A stretch of 64,000 bases of DNA, from contig CP068257.2 of NCBI GenBank assembly GCA_009914755.4, positions 2,560,001 to 2,624,000 of the forward strand. The letters are read 5' to 3'. Source of the stretch: the human T2T-CHM13v2.0 reference genome, Homo sapiens. Shown here piece by piece: positions 44,339 to 59,339 of this stretch. Position numbers and translations under genes: made by a program. The notes under the pieces are model-generated. The model saw only the letters and a list, made by a program, of their open reading frames with translations. It was not told the DNA's origin and made no database searches. Within the stretch, counting starts at the first letter, position 1; the number at the start of each line of letters is the position of its first letter.

Positions 44339-47300
44339 TACTTTGTATAATTTTTAACATAAACATAAATATTTTGAGAAATAGATATGTTAATACCATT
44401 GGAGGAAAATATATTGTAAAGTATACAATAGAAAAAAAATCAAGCAAAATACAACAAATACAACAAAAAATTATCAAAATTTTCAGAGGAACAGAACAAA
44501 ATCTAGTTTTACAATCTTCAGAATTCAATCCCATTATAATAAACATATAAAGAAACATATTCAAAGAAAAAGGCAATCAATAGAGACTGACCTCGAGATG
44601 ACCCAGATGTTGGAATTAGTGTGGATTTTTAAAGTAGTTATTGTAATTCTTACTAAAATCAAAACCCCAAAAACCCTTAAAATAAATGGATAGGAAATCA
44701 CAGCAGAGAAGAAGAAACTACAATAATAACAAAGGCTTAAGTGGAAATTCTAGAAGTGAGAACCTTTTCAAAATTAAAAAATAATAATCAGTTGCTTTCA
44801 GGAGCAGCTTGGAGGTGGTAAAGAGTCAATGAACCTTAAAATACAATTGAAATGATTCAATCTGAAAAATGTGAGCAGTCATAGGTTGAGGTGAGGGAGC
44901 TTTTCCTTTGGTTAGTGCTTTTAGGTAATCTTGGTTTTGATAAGATTACTACACTGATCCGTCAGGGGCATGCTAAGCCAGAGTTTAACTTGGTTTCAGT
45001 AGTGCTTTAAACAAAACTCATGATATCCTGTGTACAAGATGGAAGAAGAGTGGACCAGATGACAATATTTAGATGCAGTCATTCTTAACCTCCGTTGCTC
45101 TCCCAGTGGTCTAGCTGAGGTTTGTATAAAGTGGAATGGGAGGAATAGGGAAGGAGCCCCCACCTACCCTCTCCCCTTATCCACTTGTCCTCCTTCACTA
45201 GTGGATAAAGTCCACGGGAACAGGCAAGTTATTTTAAATCTGTATCTTCTGTTGTCAAGATCTGTAATCAGTTCTGCTCGCTGGACTGGGGACAGGAACC
45301 AAGGGAACATGAGGGTGAACGGGTTGGCATGGAGTCCAGGAACACACTGTGCCTACATGCAGAATATTTGTGCCAGGAAAGCCAGTCAGCAGGCAGATGG
45401 TCTCAGATACCAAGCTAGTGTTGGGAAGCCAGATTCAGTCTCTTGAAGGTGGTGTTCCTCATTCTGTGGTTTGTATCACTTGCTTCAGAATGACCTGGAG
45501 TACTTATAAAAATGCAAATTTTGAGCCCAATCCTAGACCTCCTAAGCCTGTATCTCTATGGATGGGTCTCAGTAGTCAATATTGGAAATGTGCAGGTCCC
45601 TAGGAGATGCTTATGCATATAGATTTGAACTGTTGTGTTTAAGGGTTAGGGAGCTAGCAAAAGCAAGGAATAGACCAAGCCCTTGGGTGGGAAGGCTCCA
45701 TAACCTTGGCACTGTTAGCATTCTGGGCGGAACAGGATTCTGCCATATGCTTCGCAGCATCCCTAACCTCTACTCTCTAACACCGTATTCCAGTTGTGAA
45801 AACCAAAAATGTCCCCTGGGAGGCAAAATAGTCACCATTTGGGAACTGGAACCACTGCTTTGTGGGATCAGAGTGGTTACTTTGTTCCGAATCCAAGGAT
45901 CAGAACACACGATGAGAGAAAGTCCAGCTATTGGAACTGGAGTGCCAAGTTGAAGCTAGATCTACAACAAAAGTTCCAAAAGCTCCTTTATAGGGCTGAT
46001 CCCATGCCTCAGCTACCTAGCTTGTACAGATGCCATGTAACTCTAGATTTGGTGACAGAAGGAATTTAAAGGCTAGAACTAGATAGGGTCTTTCAGGTTA
46101 GGCCAGCACACAACGTGGACTTTTGACATCATCCAGATGCTTGAACCAACCTCAGTCCTGAGGCAGAATTTCCCGTGGCATCTGATACACAGCCTGGCTT
46201 TGGAGCACTCACTGGGATTAGATGCCATGGGAATATCGTGTTTAGGAACTCTGAAAGAGACAGGCTTCAACAAAGCAGACCTAAGCAACACGTAGCGTCT
46301 GAACTTCTTTATCAGCTTCCATTCCAGGCCACGAGGACAAAAGCATCACATACATATCCACTGTGGCAAATCTGTCTTCAGTAGGGAGTTTCCCCAGTAC
46401 TACTCTCCCCTCTGTTCTGAGCCTACTTGCTCCTTTGTAATGTTTCCACTTTCTGTTCCACTCCCTAATAGATGATTTGTCTTCTCTGCCCAGCCCCCTA
46501 GTTCTGACATTTGGATTGTCTGTGATCTGGGTAGTACTTAGGAGGTAGAATCAAAGCCTTGTTGATTGGATTGGGAGTTTCTAACTTCCTATTAAAGGCA
46601 CTGATTAAGCATCTATTGTATAAAGTAAAGTAAGATTATGATCCAGTAAGAAAGATTCCACAAGTAGCGCAGGAAGAATTGGTTTCTAGTACACTTCATG
46701 CTTCAGGACAGGAAACCCAGAAAATAATTCTGTGGTACGTTAAGTGTGTACTGTAAGTTTCATTTTCATGTGAAAAACTGTAGTTAGCTAAAAAGTACAT
46801 CCATGAAGAATCCTGATTATACTTGTTTAATCCTGGTTAAACTAGCTACTAGCTAAACAATAATTTCACAACAACTCAAGAACTCTGTAAAAGCATTTCC
46901 CCTGAATATTTTATTCAGAAAAAAACACAAAAAGATAAGGCAGAAACAAAAATCCCAGTCATTTGCAGTATCTGTCGGCTTTCAATTTGGTCCTCTTGTT
47001 TAAACAAATAAAAATAGTAAAATTAATCTATGTAAAACATGCCATATATATTCAACTGCTACTAAATATAAAAAGCTATAAAACTGTGTGTTCAATTTTG
47101 GTTACTGTATTATCACAACACTTATATTAAAATATGTATACTTTTAAATTTGGTTTCTATAAAAAATGGATTATAATCCTATAAAAGTTATTTCCTAATA
47201 TTCAATAAATGTTGCCTAAGGGTTTTTTCTATCCAAATAGCAATTTTATTCCGGAATTTAAGGGTGCTCTAAATTTCCATTTAACAGGGTGAGAATGCTG

Positions 47301-48386
47301 TATTATTACAAGTGAGAAAAGTTACAGGACATAGAGTTTATTCCGTTTTAGAGTCCACATCCTGATTATATTTTTTATCCTCTTCTTGATTTCTTACAAC
47401 TAGATACATATTCACTTACTCAGCTGGAAAAAATTTGTAACATTATTTACTGACTTTACGTATGTACTCTACCAGCTAGTTAACAGGAAATATGTAATTA
47501 AACATTGCCTTTATCAAGTAATGTAAAAAAGGGTAAGAGTAACTTTGCAACATAGGACTTGAATGAGCAACTGGTGATGATCAAAATCTGGCACTTAATT
47601 GATTTATACTTGTACACTCACAGCTAAACGTCTCTACCTGTTTTTCTATGGTATAAATCTAGGACATTACTTATCTACATAGGAAGAATAATAAATATTA
47701 ATAATGTGCTATGATAAACATCCTGCACTCTTCCAAATCTTACAATAAAACTGCTTCAATTTCACTTGTTTAGCTTTTATATTTAGTTTGTTAGTTGATA
47801 TATGCTTATTTTAAGGAAGCTGAACTACTCTAACAGAATCCACATAATTTTTATATTAGCCAAACTGCTTCTTTCTAACTCTGGTTCTAATAGTTATAAA
47901 AAGATAATGATAAATTTATGAAGTAGATACAGTCAAACCTGAATTTCTTAAAGTATATACTTAGAATCGGTTATAATTTTTAGATATTCTTTGTTGACAG
48001 TCTTTTCCCAAACTCATGATGTCCTCTCTAGGTAATTTTGCACACTCATAAATTAGAAATGAAGACAAAAATGTGAAAACTACAGTAATTTAAGAGAATA
48101 TAGGTTTTCTACATGCCATTTCTATTGGCTACTGAAAACAGTGAAAATAAGTAAATAAATAGCTACCTGTCCAGAAGCGTCTCTTGCAAAAATCCATCTT
48201 TCTGAGCCTTTTTAAGAATTTTACTGTCTTCTTTACTTATTTTAAGTTTGTGCTCTTGGAAGCTCTGAAATTTCTTTCTGCAAAGAAAATGTCTTCATTG
48301 AAAAGTACCTCAAACTCTGATTATACATATTTACTATTAAATTTATAAATACTGTTAATTTCTTTTTCACTTATTAAAAAAGTCTA

Positions 48387-48689
<303 letters not shown>

Positions 48690-49029
48690 CTAATTGTATT
48701 TTTTTTTTAATAAGCTGGAGCATTTGAACAACAAAGATGACTCTCGTGACCTCTCAAGAGGAGGGCTACTCATTGACTGGGTAGCAAAAGGCCCCACTTC
48801 TATTAGGGCATGCTGGCTGGAGTCCCCTGTGTCCTGGCCATAGCACAGCCTTTGACTGGCATCATGCCCATTCTATGAATGAATAGAGAGATTGACTAAC
48901 CCGAGTGACTAGCTTTGGGAGCTGGTAGGATGATTAGGAAAACTGAACCCTCAAGAAAAGAAAAGCATTTAGCTCAGTGCTCTGTCCCAGAGGCTACATT
49001 GTGTTGCCTCTTTTGTCCATCAGGTTTCA

Positions 49030-49190
49030 TTTTTTCAGACAGGGTCTTGCTCTGTCACCCAGGCTGGAATGCAGTGGTGATCAGAGCTCACTGGGGCCTT
49101 GAACTCCTGGGCTCAAAGAATCCTCCTGTCTCAGCCTCCCGAGTAGCTGGGCCTACAGGCATGCACCACCATCCCCAGCTAATTAGGTAA
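49030..49190 (-). mobile_element. Alu right-monomer fragment, minus strand
   Basis: TTTTTCAGACAGGGTCTTGCTCTGTCACCCAGGCTGGAATGCAGTGGTGATCAGAGCTCACTGGGGCCTTGAACTCCTGGGCTCAAAGAATCCTCCTGTCTCAGCCTCCCGAGTAGCTGGGCCTACAGGCATGCACCACCATCCCCAGCTAATT. Confidence 0.8.
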
Positions 49191-52100
49191 TTTATTTTGA
49201 AAGCACTTTGAGAAGCACTTCACTGTCAAATCCGTAGGTCTAAAAGGAAAAGCATACATACACATAATTGATTTCACATTGTTTTACATTTCCTTTGTCT
49301 TCTTCTGGAATGTCATCTTTTTTCTTGGTTTCTCTTTCAGCACAGGATCTAATCTAGATATTGGAAAAGAGAATCCAATGGGTTATATGTTTATCTTCCA
49401 CTTTCCCCACTTTACGTATCACATAAGAACATTCGAGATGATTTCTTATGCAGAAGAAAAAATTAACTGAGCAACTATATTCAGAAAAAGACAGGTTCTG
49501 GCTATGTGTTTTTACTTCATATATATAATCTATATGAGTAAGTGCTATCACATGCTTCCTCCGCAGCCCTTGTGTCAGAAACACTACAGACAAAATTATT
49601 TCAGAAACATTTTACACATCAGATCCTGCTAGGCAATAAAGCAATCATTAATTTAGTTTTGTCCTCCAAGTGAATACACTAGGATCAAATTATCCCTAGT
49701 AGACAAGTGTTCATTTGATCAGATTGAAAGCTTAATAGCTATTTTACGTTGCACAGACTATTACCAAAGTATTAAGATTTTTAACATTACACAACTTGTT
49801 TTTAATTAATTGGAACCCACCTCTTTTACAAGCTTCTTATATCCTCCTAAGTTTGGATAGCTGTTTACTATCACATGTCATAAGTTAATTGATCTGCATT
49901 CAACAATTAGGATCGCCCACAGAACAGGCAATTGGCAATGGTAATGACTCATGTCTCTTAAGGGATCTCTGTGGCCAGATTCCAGTTCCAGGGCTGCTTA
50001 GAAAGTGATGACAAATAACGTGTTTGTGCCAATGACATCTTTGTGACAGTTTTGATTAGAGGGGTCCCAGACATGAAAACATTCCCTGCTAGGGCCTGTA
50101 GGACAATGCTACCTTTAGTAAGAGGGATGTGTGTTCTGGTAGACAAGGCAAGGTCATAAAGGTGAAGGACTGACAGAGATTAGGAAAGCCTGCAATTAAA
50201 TGGTATGAAAAGAGTCCTAAGTAATCACTGTTCAGAGTTTCCAAGTACTTGACTAACCAAAGAGACCCAGAAAACTTTGTATTTCATCAGAAAATTTCTT
50301 TAAATAGTGAAAAACGCAATCTTTGTGTAAGTATCTTTGTATCTTTGTATAAGTGCAAAACACTGCACATATATTTCCAATTGTTGCCTTCAATAACACT
50401 TTTGTGATGATATCCAGATGAAAAATTTAAACATGATACAATAAAATATAAATAAGTAAAATTAAATGTAAGTCACAAACCCATCTGCATTTCCTCAACG
50501 GCCTGTTTCCTGAGAAGCAATGTTCTATGAAATACTGAGAGTGGCCTCTGGAGTCAGCTGGGCCTGGGTACACATCCTGTCTTACCACATCTTGAAATCA
50601 CTGTGATTTCCATGAACTGACTGACAAAAACAATGAGGATGTAAGGAGGGTCAGAGGCTGTCTTCCTGTCTGTAAGGCTGAGCTCATATCCACCTCACAG
50701 GAGCATTATGGAAATTCAAGACTACAACTTATGTGCCGGATGCATGCAACGAAAAAATATAACATTTCACTTCTCTAACTGTAAGAAAATACCTACATTT
50801 TAGAATGAAATTGTTTGAGCTTTAGATTTGAAATTATCTGAAATCAAGACTATTCTAAAAAGAAAATCAAACATGACCGGAAATCTAAAATGAAGCACAC
50901 ACAGAGAATTGATAGATGCTTTTAAATTACACTGGTAGTAGAGAAAAATGTAACATAAATTTTTATGCTCTAATTATAAGAACGAAGGGCATTTTAGAAA
51001 AGGCATTTGTCCCCTCTCTTAGAGCCTTCCACTCTGGCCCCTACAATGCCTTACAGAGCAAATCCGGGTCAGACTGGATGCAACCTGTGATTCCCAACAG
51101 AGACAAACAAAGCAAGGTTCAGGATGCTCAGTACTGCGATGGAATGCCAAGACACAGAAAAGCCATGTGTCAAGAAGGCGGGAGTTATTCTTTAGACACA
51201 CCCTGGTATATGTTTATCATTAAAGATCAGTGGCTTTTGTGAGTCTAAAAAATTAAGCCTTAAATGTTTTCATCAAATTCCAGTTAACTACCTGATTTAT
51301 CTAGGTTATATTAACAGTATTATTTAGAATTTCACCTTGATATGAAGATGTCTGTGTAACTTTTACAATGATGTAAAACAAAGAGTAGGATTAGGGAGGG
51401 CACAGGCCACTGGTGCAATGGATAACGCATCTGACTACGGATGAGGGAATTTAGCCTGGAATAAGGAACTTTTATTTCCAGCTTAGTGATGCACACAAAT
51501 TTTCAAAATAAAATAAAAATCATGTTTTATGTGATTCCTGTTTCTCCTAATGCAAAGATGATGGGTACTATTACTAAAAATATTTTTAAAATGTAAGGGC
51601 TAAGGCCCCAGAAGTTCTGCTATGATTTTTTATGTTTCATAGAGTGATTATCATCACAGAAGCTCAAGCATTATGTAAATACAAACACATATACTCCGAC
51701 CTGGTAATTCTGATTCCGGAAATTTATCTTCAGGTCCACCCGCACATCCACAAATTGATGCATATTCAATGTTATGTACCGCAGCACTGTTTATAAGAGC
51801 AAAAGACTGGAAACAGCCTAAATTTCCATCTATAAAAGACTAAATAAATTAAGGTATAGCCCTAAAATGGAATATTATGTGGCTGTTAAAAAAGAGAAAG
51901 AGAGAAAAAGCAAGAAAAAGAGAAAACTTTCTACATTCAAACTAATAGTAGAAAACTCTCCAAGATACAATTTTAAGGAAAAAAAAATCAAAGTCAAGAA
52001 GACGATAGAGGAGGCTGCCTTTAGTGTAAAACAGTTGAAAATTATAAATATACTCATATGTTTATAAAGAAATTTTAGGAGGCTATAAAAAAACAAAACA

Positions 52101-55100
52101 AAGGGAAAGAGGAACAGGACCTGGGACACAGGTAAGATGCATGGCAGGCATATGTCTTCATCTTCATATGCTTTTATTTAAAAATGTTGGACCACATGTA
52201 CATGTTATTTATTTTAAAAATTAGATTTTAAAATACAAACAAGAAAATAAGAAAATGAAAGTTTAAAAAGAGTATGTGGAACTACCAGAAAAAGATACTA
52301 ATCCATGGAGATAGTGGCACGGTAGCTCCTAGATGCACTGATTTCTCTACCACATTGTAGAAACAAGCCATCAACTATGAGATTTGTAATTAAAAATGAG
52401 TCTATTTGAAACACCACATTATAAAAAGCTATTAAGTAAATCTTTAAAGTGACAGTAAATGATGACTTAACATTTTAAAGAGATACAGTCATATTGCATG
52501 TGTGAATGCAGTCATCTGTATAAAATGTCATCGTTACCTTGATCATTTCTTCTTCTCCTGCTGTTTTACTTTTTGCTTCTATGTCCCCTGCTTCATTGCA
52601 TCTAATAAAGCAGCCATTTGAGGCCAACAAAGCCATTTTCCCCTAAGTGAAAGAAAATAACAAAATAGCCATGAGGATACTTCCTGTGGAAAAAACATTA
52701 AGTGTTTAGACTGAATTAATTTTTCCTCCCTGATTTAAAAATCACAGAAAAGAACTTAGAGAAAAACCTGAAAAATATAATATAAGAACATATAGAAAAG
52801 GAAACCAAAATCACCTTTCATTTTACTATTCAAAGATTACCACAATAAACATTTGTAGTGTATCTTCCTAGTAGGATTGCTTCCTTTCTAAAAGATCTAC
52901 TGAAGATAAAACTGATTTAGTTCTGCTTGGAAAATCAACTTCAAAGACAAGAACATAATTATGAATGCATACTTTATTCAAATATTAACAGTTTAAGTAA
53001 AATTTATTTTCTTCACAATTAGAAAACATGAAAAGGTACATATAATGACTTTGGTGTTTTGAATTTAAGAATCAATGTCTGAGGGACCCTTGTGTGTGAA
53101 AATAAATATTCATATACATTTTTAGTTGTTTAATGTTTGATGTATTACACTGGTTTCTATTAAACAAAACTTTAAAAACTGATTTTCTTGTGTATTTAAA
53201 TCTGGGTTATAAATTTTGTTAGCTTAACTCCCGTACCAAATATAACGTTTATTTATAACTTCTTTTTGGTTGATTCTTTTGGAAAACCTGGAATATCATA
53301 ACATTTAGACAAAATATTTATAAATAAAATGATTACAAAATATGTTAAACTTATATCACATCCAGTTAAAAACGTGCTGATAACATGGATTTAATTTCTT
53401 AGTCAAGTCACAAGGGCTGGGAGGTCTCTCATCTGGATGGCTCCTGGTGAGCCCTGGAACATGGCGGTGTGGTCCAAGGCGATTTAAACCTGTGCCACAG
53501 ATTATTCAGCTGAGTCCTTTTTGCAATAGATTTTTAAGACCCTCTTTCATTCAAATTTAAATTTTTGAAGCTTAGTGTCCTTCCTAAAAATAAAATGAAA
53601 TGAACTTTCCTAAAGTGTTGTATTATTAGTGCTATCTAAGTCATCATCCTGGCCTTATGAAATATTGGCATTTTCTACTGGTGTAACTTTTATTAGAAGC
53701 ATCTCATCATAACTAGTAGGACATCTCAAAGGGGTTGCAACACATTAGCAAGTAATGAAATCAATGTATTGTTTCCTCAAGGGTATTGGGTGGGTGGGGG
53801 GGAAAAGGAATACACACAGACACACAGAGAAAGGGGTAAAAGAGAATACAAAATATCAAGGTGCATAACACATGGATAAGTAAGTATTGTTAAGTACAAC
53901 TCTTGCTTCAGTTATACATATGTTTGTGCTGGGCTGGCAATGTAAAAATGCATTTCTCAATGGATTGGGTCAAAATAGTTTTCAAGTCACTGACTTAAGA
54001 TTTTATCCTGGGGGATGACGAAATTAGTCTAAGTGATTACCTCTTTCTGGTGGGATGTTTGTTTAATCTGTCATCTTAGAAAACACTGCTGTGTTCCTAT
54101 TTTCAGTTCATTATTGTATACTACCAAAGCTGCTACTCAAAGGCTGAGCTTATCTTCTATTTGCTTGTTCTGCGTGGTGCCCACTGGTCCTTACTGTTTT
54201 TGATATAGTTATCTACTTTTTAAAGACAGTTTAGCACTCACATATTTTTGTTCAATCTTTACTTCTCACACAAACAGAAAAAGGAAATTATGTATTCTGT
54301 ATCAACAAAGATTTAACAAAACATCCGTATACTACAACTGTCTACTTACTAAAATTGAGAATTAGTATATTATCTTTTTTCTTCTTATATTAAAACTATC
54401 TTTTCATACACTATTTTAAGCTTATGAGCTGAAAATCTTAGAGATAATTTACTTCAGTGAACTATTATTATTTATATTTTATATGCAAATTGTCACAACT
54501 TGGTCTTAGCTAGCTCCACTGTTTGCTTGCAGTCTGTAATGTTTCTGAAAGCATGCATGATTTCTGCTACAAAGAAGATACTTATGAACTATTCTGTTTT
54601 CCTACTCTGTGACCTAAAATTGACTGGTTCTTTAATGGAAATGAGATCCATATCTAGGCACTAAGGGTATAGAGAAATAATTGTGGGCAAAAGTACTAAT
54701 GCGATTTTTGTTGCACTGTATTTTGAGATCTCTTTAAGGCTCTATGTTCTTGCTGGTTTATTCCAATTTAATGTATTACACTATTGCATCCTACTTTTTC
54801 TTTTTAAATATATTATGATTGACTGTTACAGACTTTGTGTGAAACTGACAGGAAGTTTTTATAAACAATAACAGCACTTAGGTTTTGAAAGACTGGTTCC
54901 CATTGTTCTCTTGGTCCAATTGCATCTGAATGCCCAACAACAAGTTCATCTGAATTTATACCAAGATATTTTCCATAGCCAGATTTCAGGGTGATTCTGT
55001 ACATTAATAAGATGGACAAAAGTTAAAAACTGAGAGAAAATTAATTATAGGACATCAAAACAGGACATGTGTATGTGTGTGGGTGTGTACATATCTAAAG

Positions 55101-55137
55101 TTTCAGACTGGACATATTCCAAGTGTTCAAAAGATGC

Positions 55138-55437
55138 ATGTGGCTGAGTGGTGACTCACTCCTGTAATCTTTGTGCTTTGGGAAGGCAATGGGAGAATTG
55201 CTTGAGGCAAGAAGTTCAAGATCAGCCTGGACAACATAGTGAGACCCCATCTTTACAAAAAATTTAAAAAGTTAGCTGGGCATGGTGGTGTGCATATGTA
55301 ATACCAGCTACTTGGGAGGCTGACACAGGAGGAGTGCTTGAGCCCAGAAATTTGAGGTTATAGTGAGCTATGATCACACCACTGCCCTCCAGCCTGGGTG
55401 ACAGAGTGAGACTCTGTGCCTTCAAAAAAAAAAAAAA
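55138..55437 (+). mobile_element. Alu SINE (AluJ-like, diverged), plus strand
   Basis: TGGCTGAGTGGTGACTCACTCCTGTAATCTTTGTGCTTTGGGAAGGCAATGGGAGAATTGCTTGAGGCAAGAAGTTCAAGATCAGCCTGGACAACATAGTGAGACCCCATCTTTACAAAAAATTTAAAAAGTTAGCTGGGCATGGTGG ... CCAGCCTGGGTGACAGAGTGAGACTCTGTGCCTTCAAAAAAAAAAAAAAG. Confidence 0.85.
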
Positions 55438-58074
55438 GCTACATGTGACTAGTTGTGGCCATATTGGACAGTAAAGTTTTAAATTTAGTTTTATATTTTG
55501 CTTTTTTAATATAAACATGGTACCTTATTTATTACATAACAAATATTTTCAAAATTCATCATTCTTCAATTATACCTCTTTAGTTATAAATTTCAATAAT
55601 AAATTACTAAAACTTTATGTCATCAAACTGTTTTCCAGAAAATGCTGCTTCCATTTACATTCTTACCTCAAATTAACGGAGTATGTTTTGTATCATGGAT
55701 TTTTTTTAAAACATTATGACTCTAAAAAAATACTTGAAAACCTGATATGGAAAAAAACAGTATCCTATTAATTTGCATTTTAGTAGTTAACTAGAATAAC
55801 AATTGTTTCTCTTTTCCTTTCCTTTTTAGTTTTTAGATTATCTGGTAATGTCCTTGTCCATTTTTCTATTCAGATCTGATTGTTCGCAATTTTCCTACTG
55901 GGTTCTTCAGTGCTATGAATTCTATACAAGATACATATGAAGAGTAAGAACTCACTGCCTATTAAGATTGTTGCAAATATTTTCCTCATTTGTCAGTTTT
56001 CTTTATAATCCTTTTTTGTTTATAATTGTAAAGCAGTTTAAAACTATTGAATTTTTCTTCCTCTGCTTTTATTCTGTCTTTCACCCTACTTATCAGACTT
56101 TCAAAGAAAGTATAGAAATAATCATCTTAATGTGATTTTTTAAAATTATGATTTCTTTTACCTTACCAAGAATTTCCTCGGATGCCAGAATTGACTTTTA
56201 CTCCTTTATACGTTAATGATTATATAACAGAAATCATTATCATGTTGATGTAACCAATTACTAAAATATGTAAATTCACTTTCAGTATCTTTTACCCAAA
56301 GAATCATTCTATACTTCTGCACAAGGTGAGAATAAAAAAGGTTACTTTATAAAATGACTGTAAAAATAGTGAGTAAAAATATTCTTTTGTTTGTTATGAT
56401 GCTGTAACATTCTCTGCTGGTTTCAACAATATTCCTTTTTTTAGTCTTCCTGTTTGTCTTTAGACTTCCAAACAGTGAGTTTAAATATCATAGCAACAGT
56501 GAACAAGGTTTTGTAGTATTTGATTTATTTTTTAATCTATCTTACTTGGTGTGTGAAATTATTAATCTTCATTTTTTAACTTACATATCTTTCTTCCAGC
56601 CTAGCATTATATATTGATAGGAAATCCACTAAAAGTAGATCACAAAATCTACTTTTCAAAAAAGCTATTTCATTTTTTATATCAAAATTACCATGGGTTT
56701 AAGACAGATACTAAAAATTTTAATGAATACAATTAAATTTTTAAAATAACTGGTTACTAATTATATTACAACATAAGCTCACCTGGAATCAGATAATTTG
56801 ACAGCCATAAACTGCTCTGGAGGACTAGGGCCCTCATCAATATTGGAGAAAAAAACATTTGAAAATAAATTTGACATTTGCTATAAATATAAAGACATTA
56901 TTTTGCTTTAAAAATGTTGCTATTTTCTTCTGCAATTAAATGTAAGAATATTCAGATATACTGATGTCACTGTAATACTGTATCTTTGGAATCAAGATCT
57001 ATTTTACCTTCTTTTAACTACAGTGCTAATTTTATACACTGAGTAAGACAGGGTGATATAATGCTTATTTAATAACTTTCGAGATAGCTTCTCTTTATGT
57101 TTTAAAATACAGTCATAAATAAGCACTTATTTAAAAAAGCTAAATGCTTTCATTTATTCAATGGATGGCCTTGCTGACCAAATGATACTGCTTTTTATCT
57201 TCTAATTATTTCGTATCTCATTAGTGCTTCCTCTAATGGGCTAAAGAAAATGAGGAAACTTCAAATTGTTAAATGCACCCAGGTTAGTTTTGGTAATAGG
57301 TCTGAATAAAAAAGAAATTCAAACATGTTTGACTCAAATAGGTTTTCTTTTTTCTTTCCACTTACTATTTTAATTATTCATATTGTTTTGATTTCCAAAG
57401 ATACTCTTCTGGAACTATATGGAATGTTTTCAAATGCTTATATTAGAAAGAGGGACTTGCCAACGGCTAGTAAATATTAAGGAATTAAAAAAATGGACGA
57501 GTCAAATGCAATGGTTCCATTCCTTTGGAAAATGTTTGAGACTAGTTAGAGTTTGGCCTAAGTGAATGAATGTCCTAAAATCTACACTTGTGGCAGGATC
57601 TTCCCTTCCAGACACAAACCTTCTTTGTGTGGAGCTCCCAGGGTAAAAAGACCATTGTCGAGTGGATGTATATAGGTTCCCTCATCCATTTCAATGGCTA
57701 TGGTTCCTGAAATTTCATCAAAGTTTGTTACTGTTCACCAGATTCCTAAAAAATAAAATTGATATTTCAACTTTATATTTTAGTTTTGACACAGAGTTCT
57801 TTGTTATTATAACTTAGTTTTAAAAACCTTTTATTTTGCAGTCATAAGAAATAATACGAAGATCTCACATATCCTTTACTCGCTTTGTCTCAATGATGAC
57901 AACTTACATAAGTATCATACATTGTTAGAATCAGGAAACTGACGTTGATATAATCCATGAAGCTTATTCAGATTTCACCAGTTTTACATGTACTTGTTTG
58001 CATGTATGTGCACAGATTCCTGCGATTACCAGCACAGTCAGGATTAGGTTTTTAAAATACAAAATAGCAATATA

Positions 58075-58246
58075 CAGCCAGGCATGGGGGTGCATGCCTG
58101 TAATCCCAGCTACTCGGGGAGCTGTGAAAGAGGATCACTTGAGCCCAGGAGTTCAAGGTTATAGTGAGCTATGATCATGCCACTGCACTCTAGCCTGAGT
58201 GACAGAGCAAGGTCCTGTCTCAAAAAAAGACCGAAACAAAACAAAA
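58075..58246 (+). mobile_element. Alu right-monomer-only fragment (FRAM-like), plus strand
   Basis: AGCCAGGCATGGGGGTGCATGCCTGTAATCCCAGCTACTCGGGGAGCTGTGAAAGAGGATCACTTGAGCCCAGGAGTTCAAGGTTATAGTGAGCTATGATCATGCCACTGCACTCTAGCCTGAGTGACAGAGCAAGGTCCTGTCTCAAAAAAAG. Confidence 0.8.
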
Positions 58247-58397
58247 GGCAACATGTGAAGGTACAAAGTGATATATGGAGAACGGTCTCTCTCATGATAG
58301 ACCCCAGCCATCTATTCATGCCTGCTTTCCAGAGGCAATGCCTATCATAATACTTCTTAAAAATGTCTCTACAGGAAGACTTTCTAGCATAGTAAAC

Positions 58398-58695
58398 TTT
58401 TTTTTTTTTTTTTGAGACGGAGTCTCGCTCTGTCGCCCAGACTGGAGTGCAGTGACACGATCTTGGCTCACTGCAACCTCCGCCTCCTGGATTCAAACAA
58501 TTCTCTACCTCAGCTTCCAGAGTAGCTGGGGTTACAAGAACCTGCCACCATGACCGAATAATTTTTTTTGTATTTTTAGTAGAGACGGGGTTTCACCACA
58601 TTGGCCAGGCTGGTCTTGAACTCCTGACCTCGTGATCCACCCGCCTCTGCCTCCCAAAGTTCTGGGATTACAGATGTGAGCCACCGCTCCCGGCC
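58398..58695 (-). mobile_element. Alu SINE, minus strand
   Basis: T16, then GAGACGGAGTCTCGCTCTGTCGCCCAGACTGGAGTGCAGTGACACGATCTTGGCTCACTGCAACCTCCGCCTCCTGGATTCAAACAATTCTC ... GGGATTACAGATGTGAGCCACCGCTCCCGGCC. Confidence 0.9.
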
Positions 58696-59339
58696 AGTAA
58701 TCTTAACTATGATTTTAGATTGAAAGCAAAATGAGCAGAATCTATGTCTATGTTTACTAATTTCCAATTTGCCAATAGAAATGTTAGACTTTAGCCACAA
58801 TTATTTTAGCACTTGTTATAAAAGTTTATATCTTAATGTTAAAAAATATCCTCAAAACTCCTCCTAAATTGTACTTTAACTAGAGTAGAAATGAGTCAAT
58901 CATTAACTGGATATGACATATTAAGGAATTCTTGTTAATTTTGCAAGGTCTGATAATGACATAGTATAATGCATAAAAGTAAAGAACAAAACAGGTGATG
59001 AGAGAAAGACATACCACGTTAAGAAATGTACATTTATGTACTTATGGGTAAAATGACATAATATCTGTGATTTTACTTAAAATTTTCTAGGAAAAAATGT
59101 GTGTGGGGGTGTGTATGTAAATGAAACGAGATTGGCAAAACATTGATAATTAATGCTGGGGCCTGGGCACATGGGGGACTAATTATATTCTTCTATGTAT
59201 GGATTAGTTTGGATATTTCCATAATAAAAAGGTTTTAAAGATTCAGTTAATTCCACTGCACAAAATTTTCTATTCAACTAAACATTTCATGCTTTTCATA
59301 ATCAATTTTAAAATACATAAAATTTCAGCTAAAATGAAG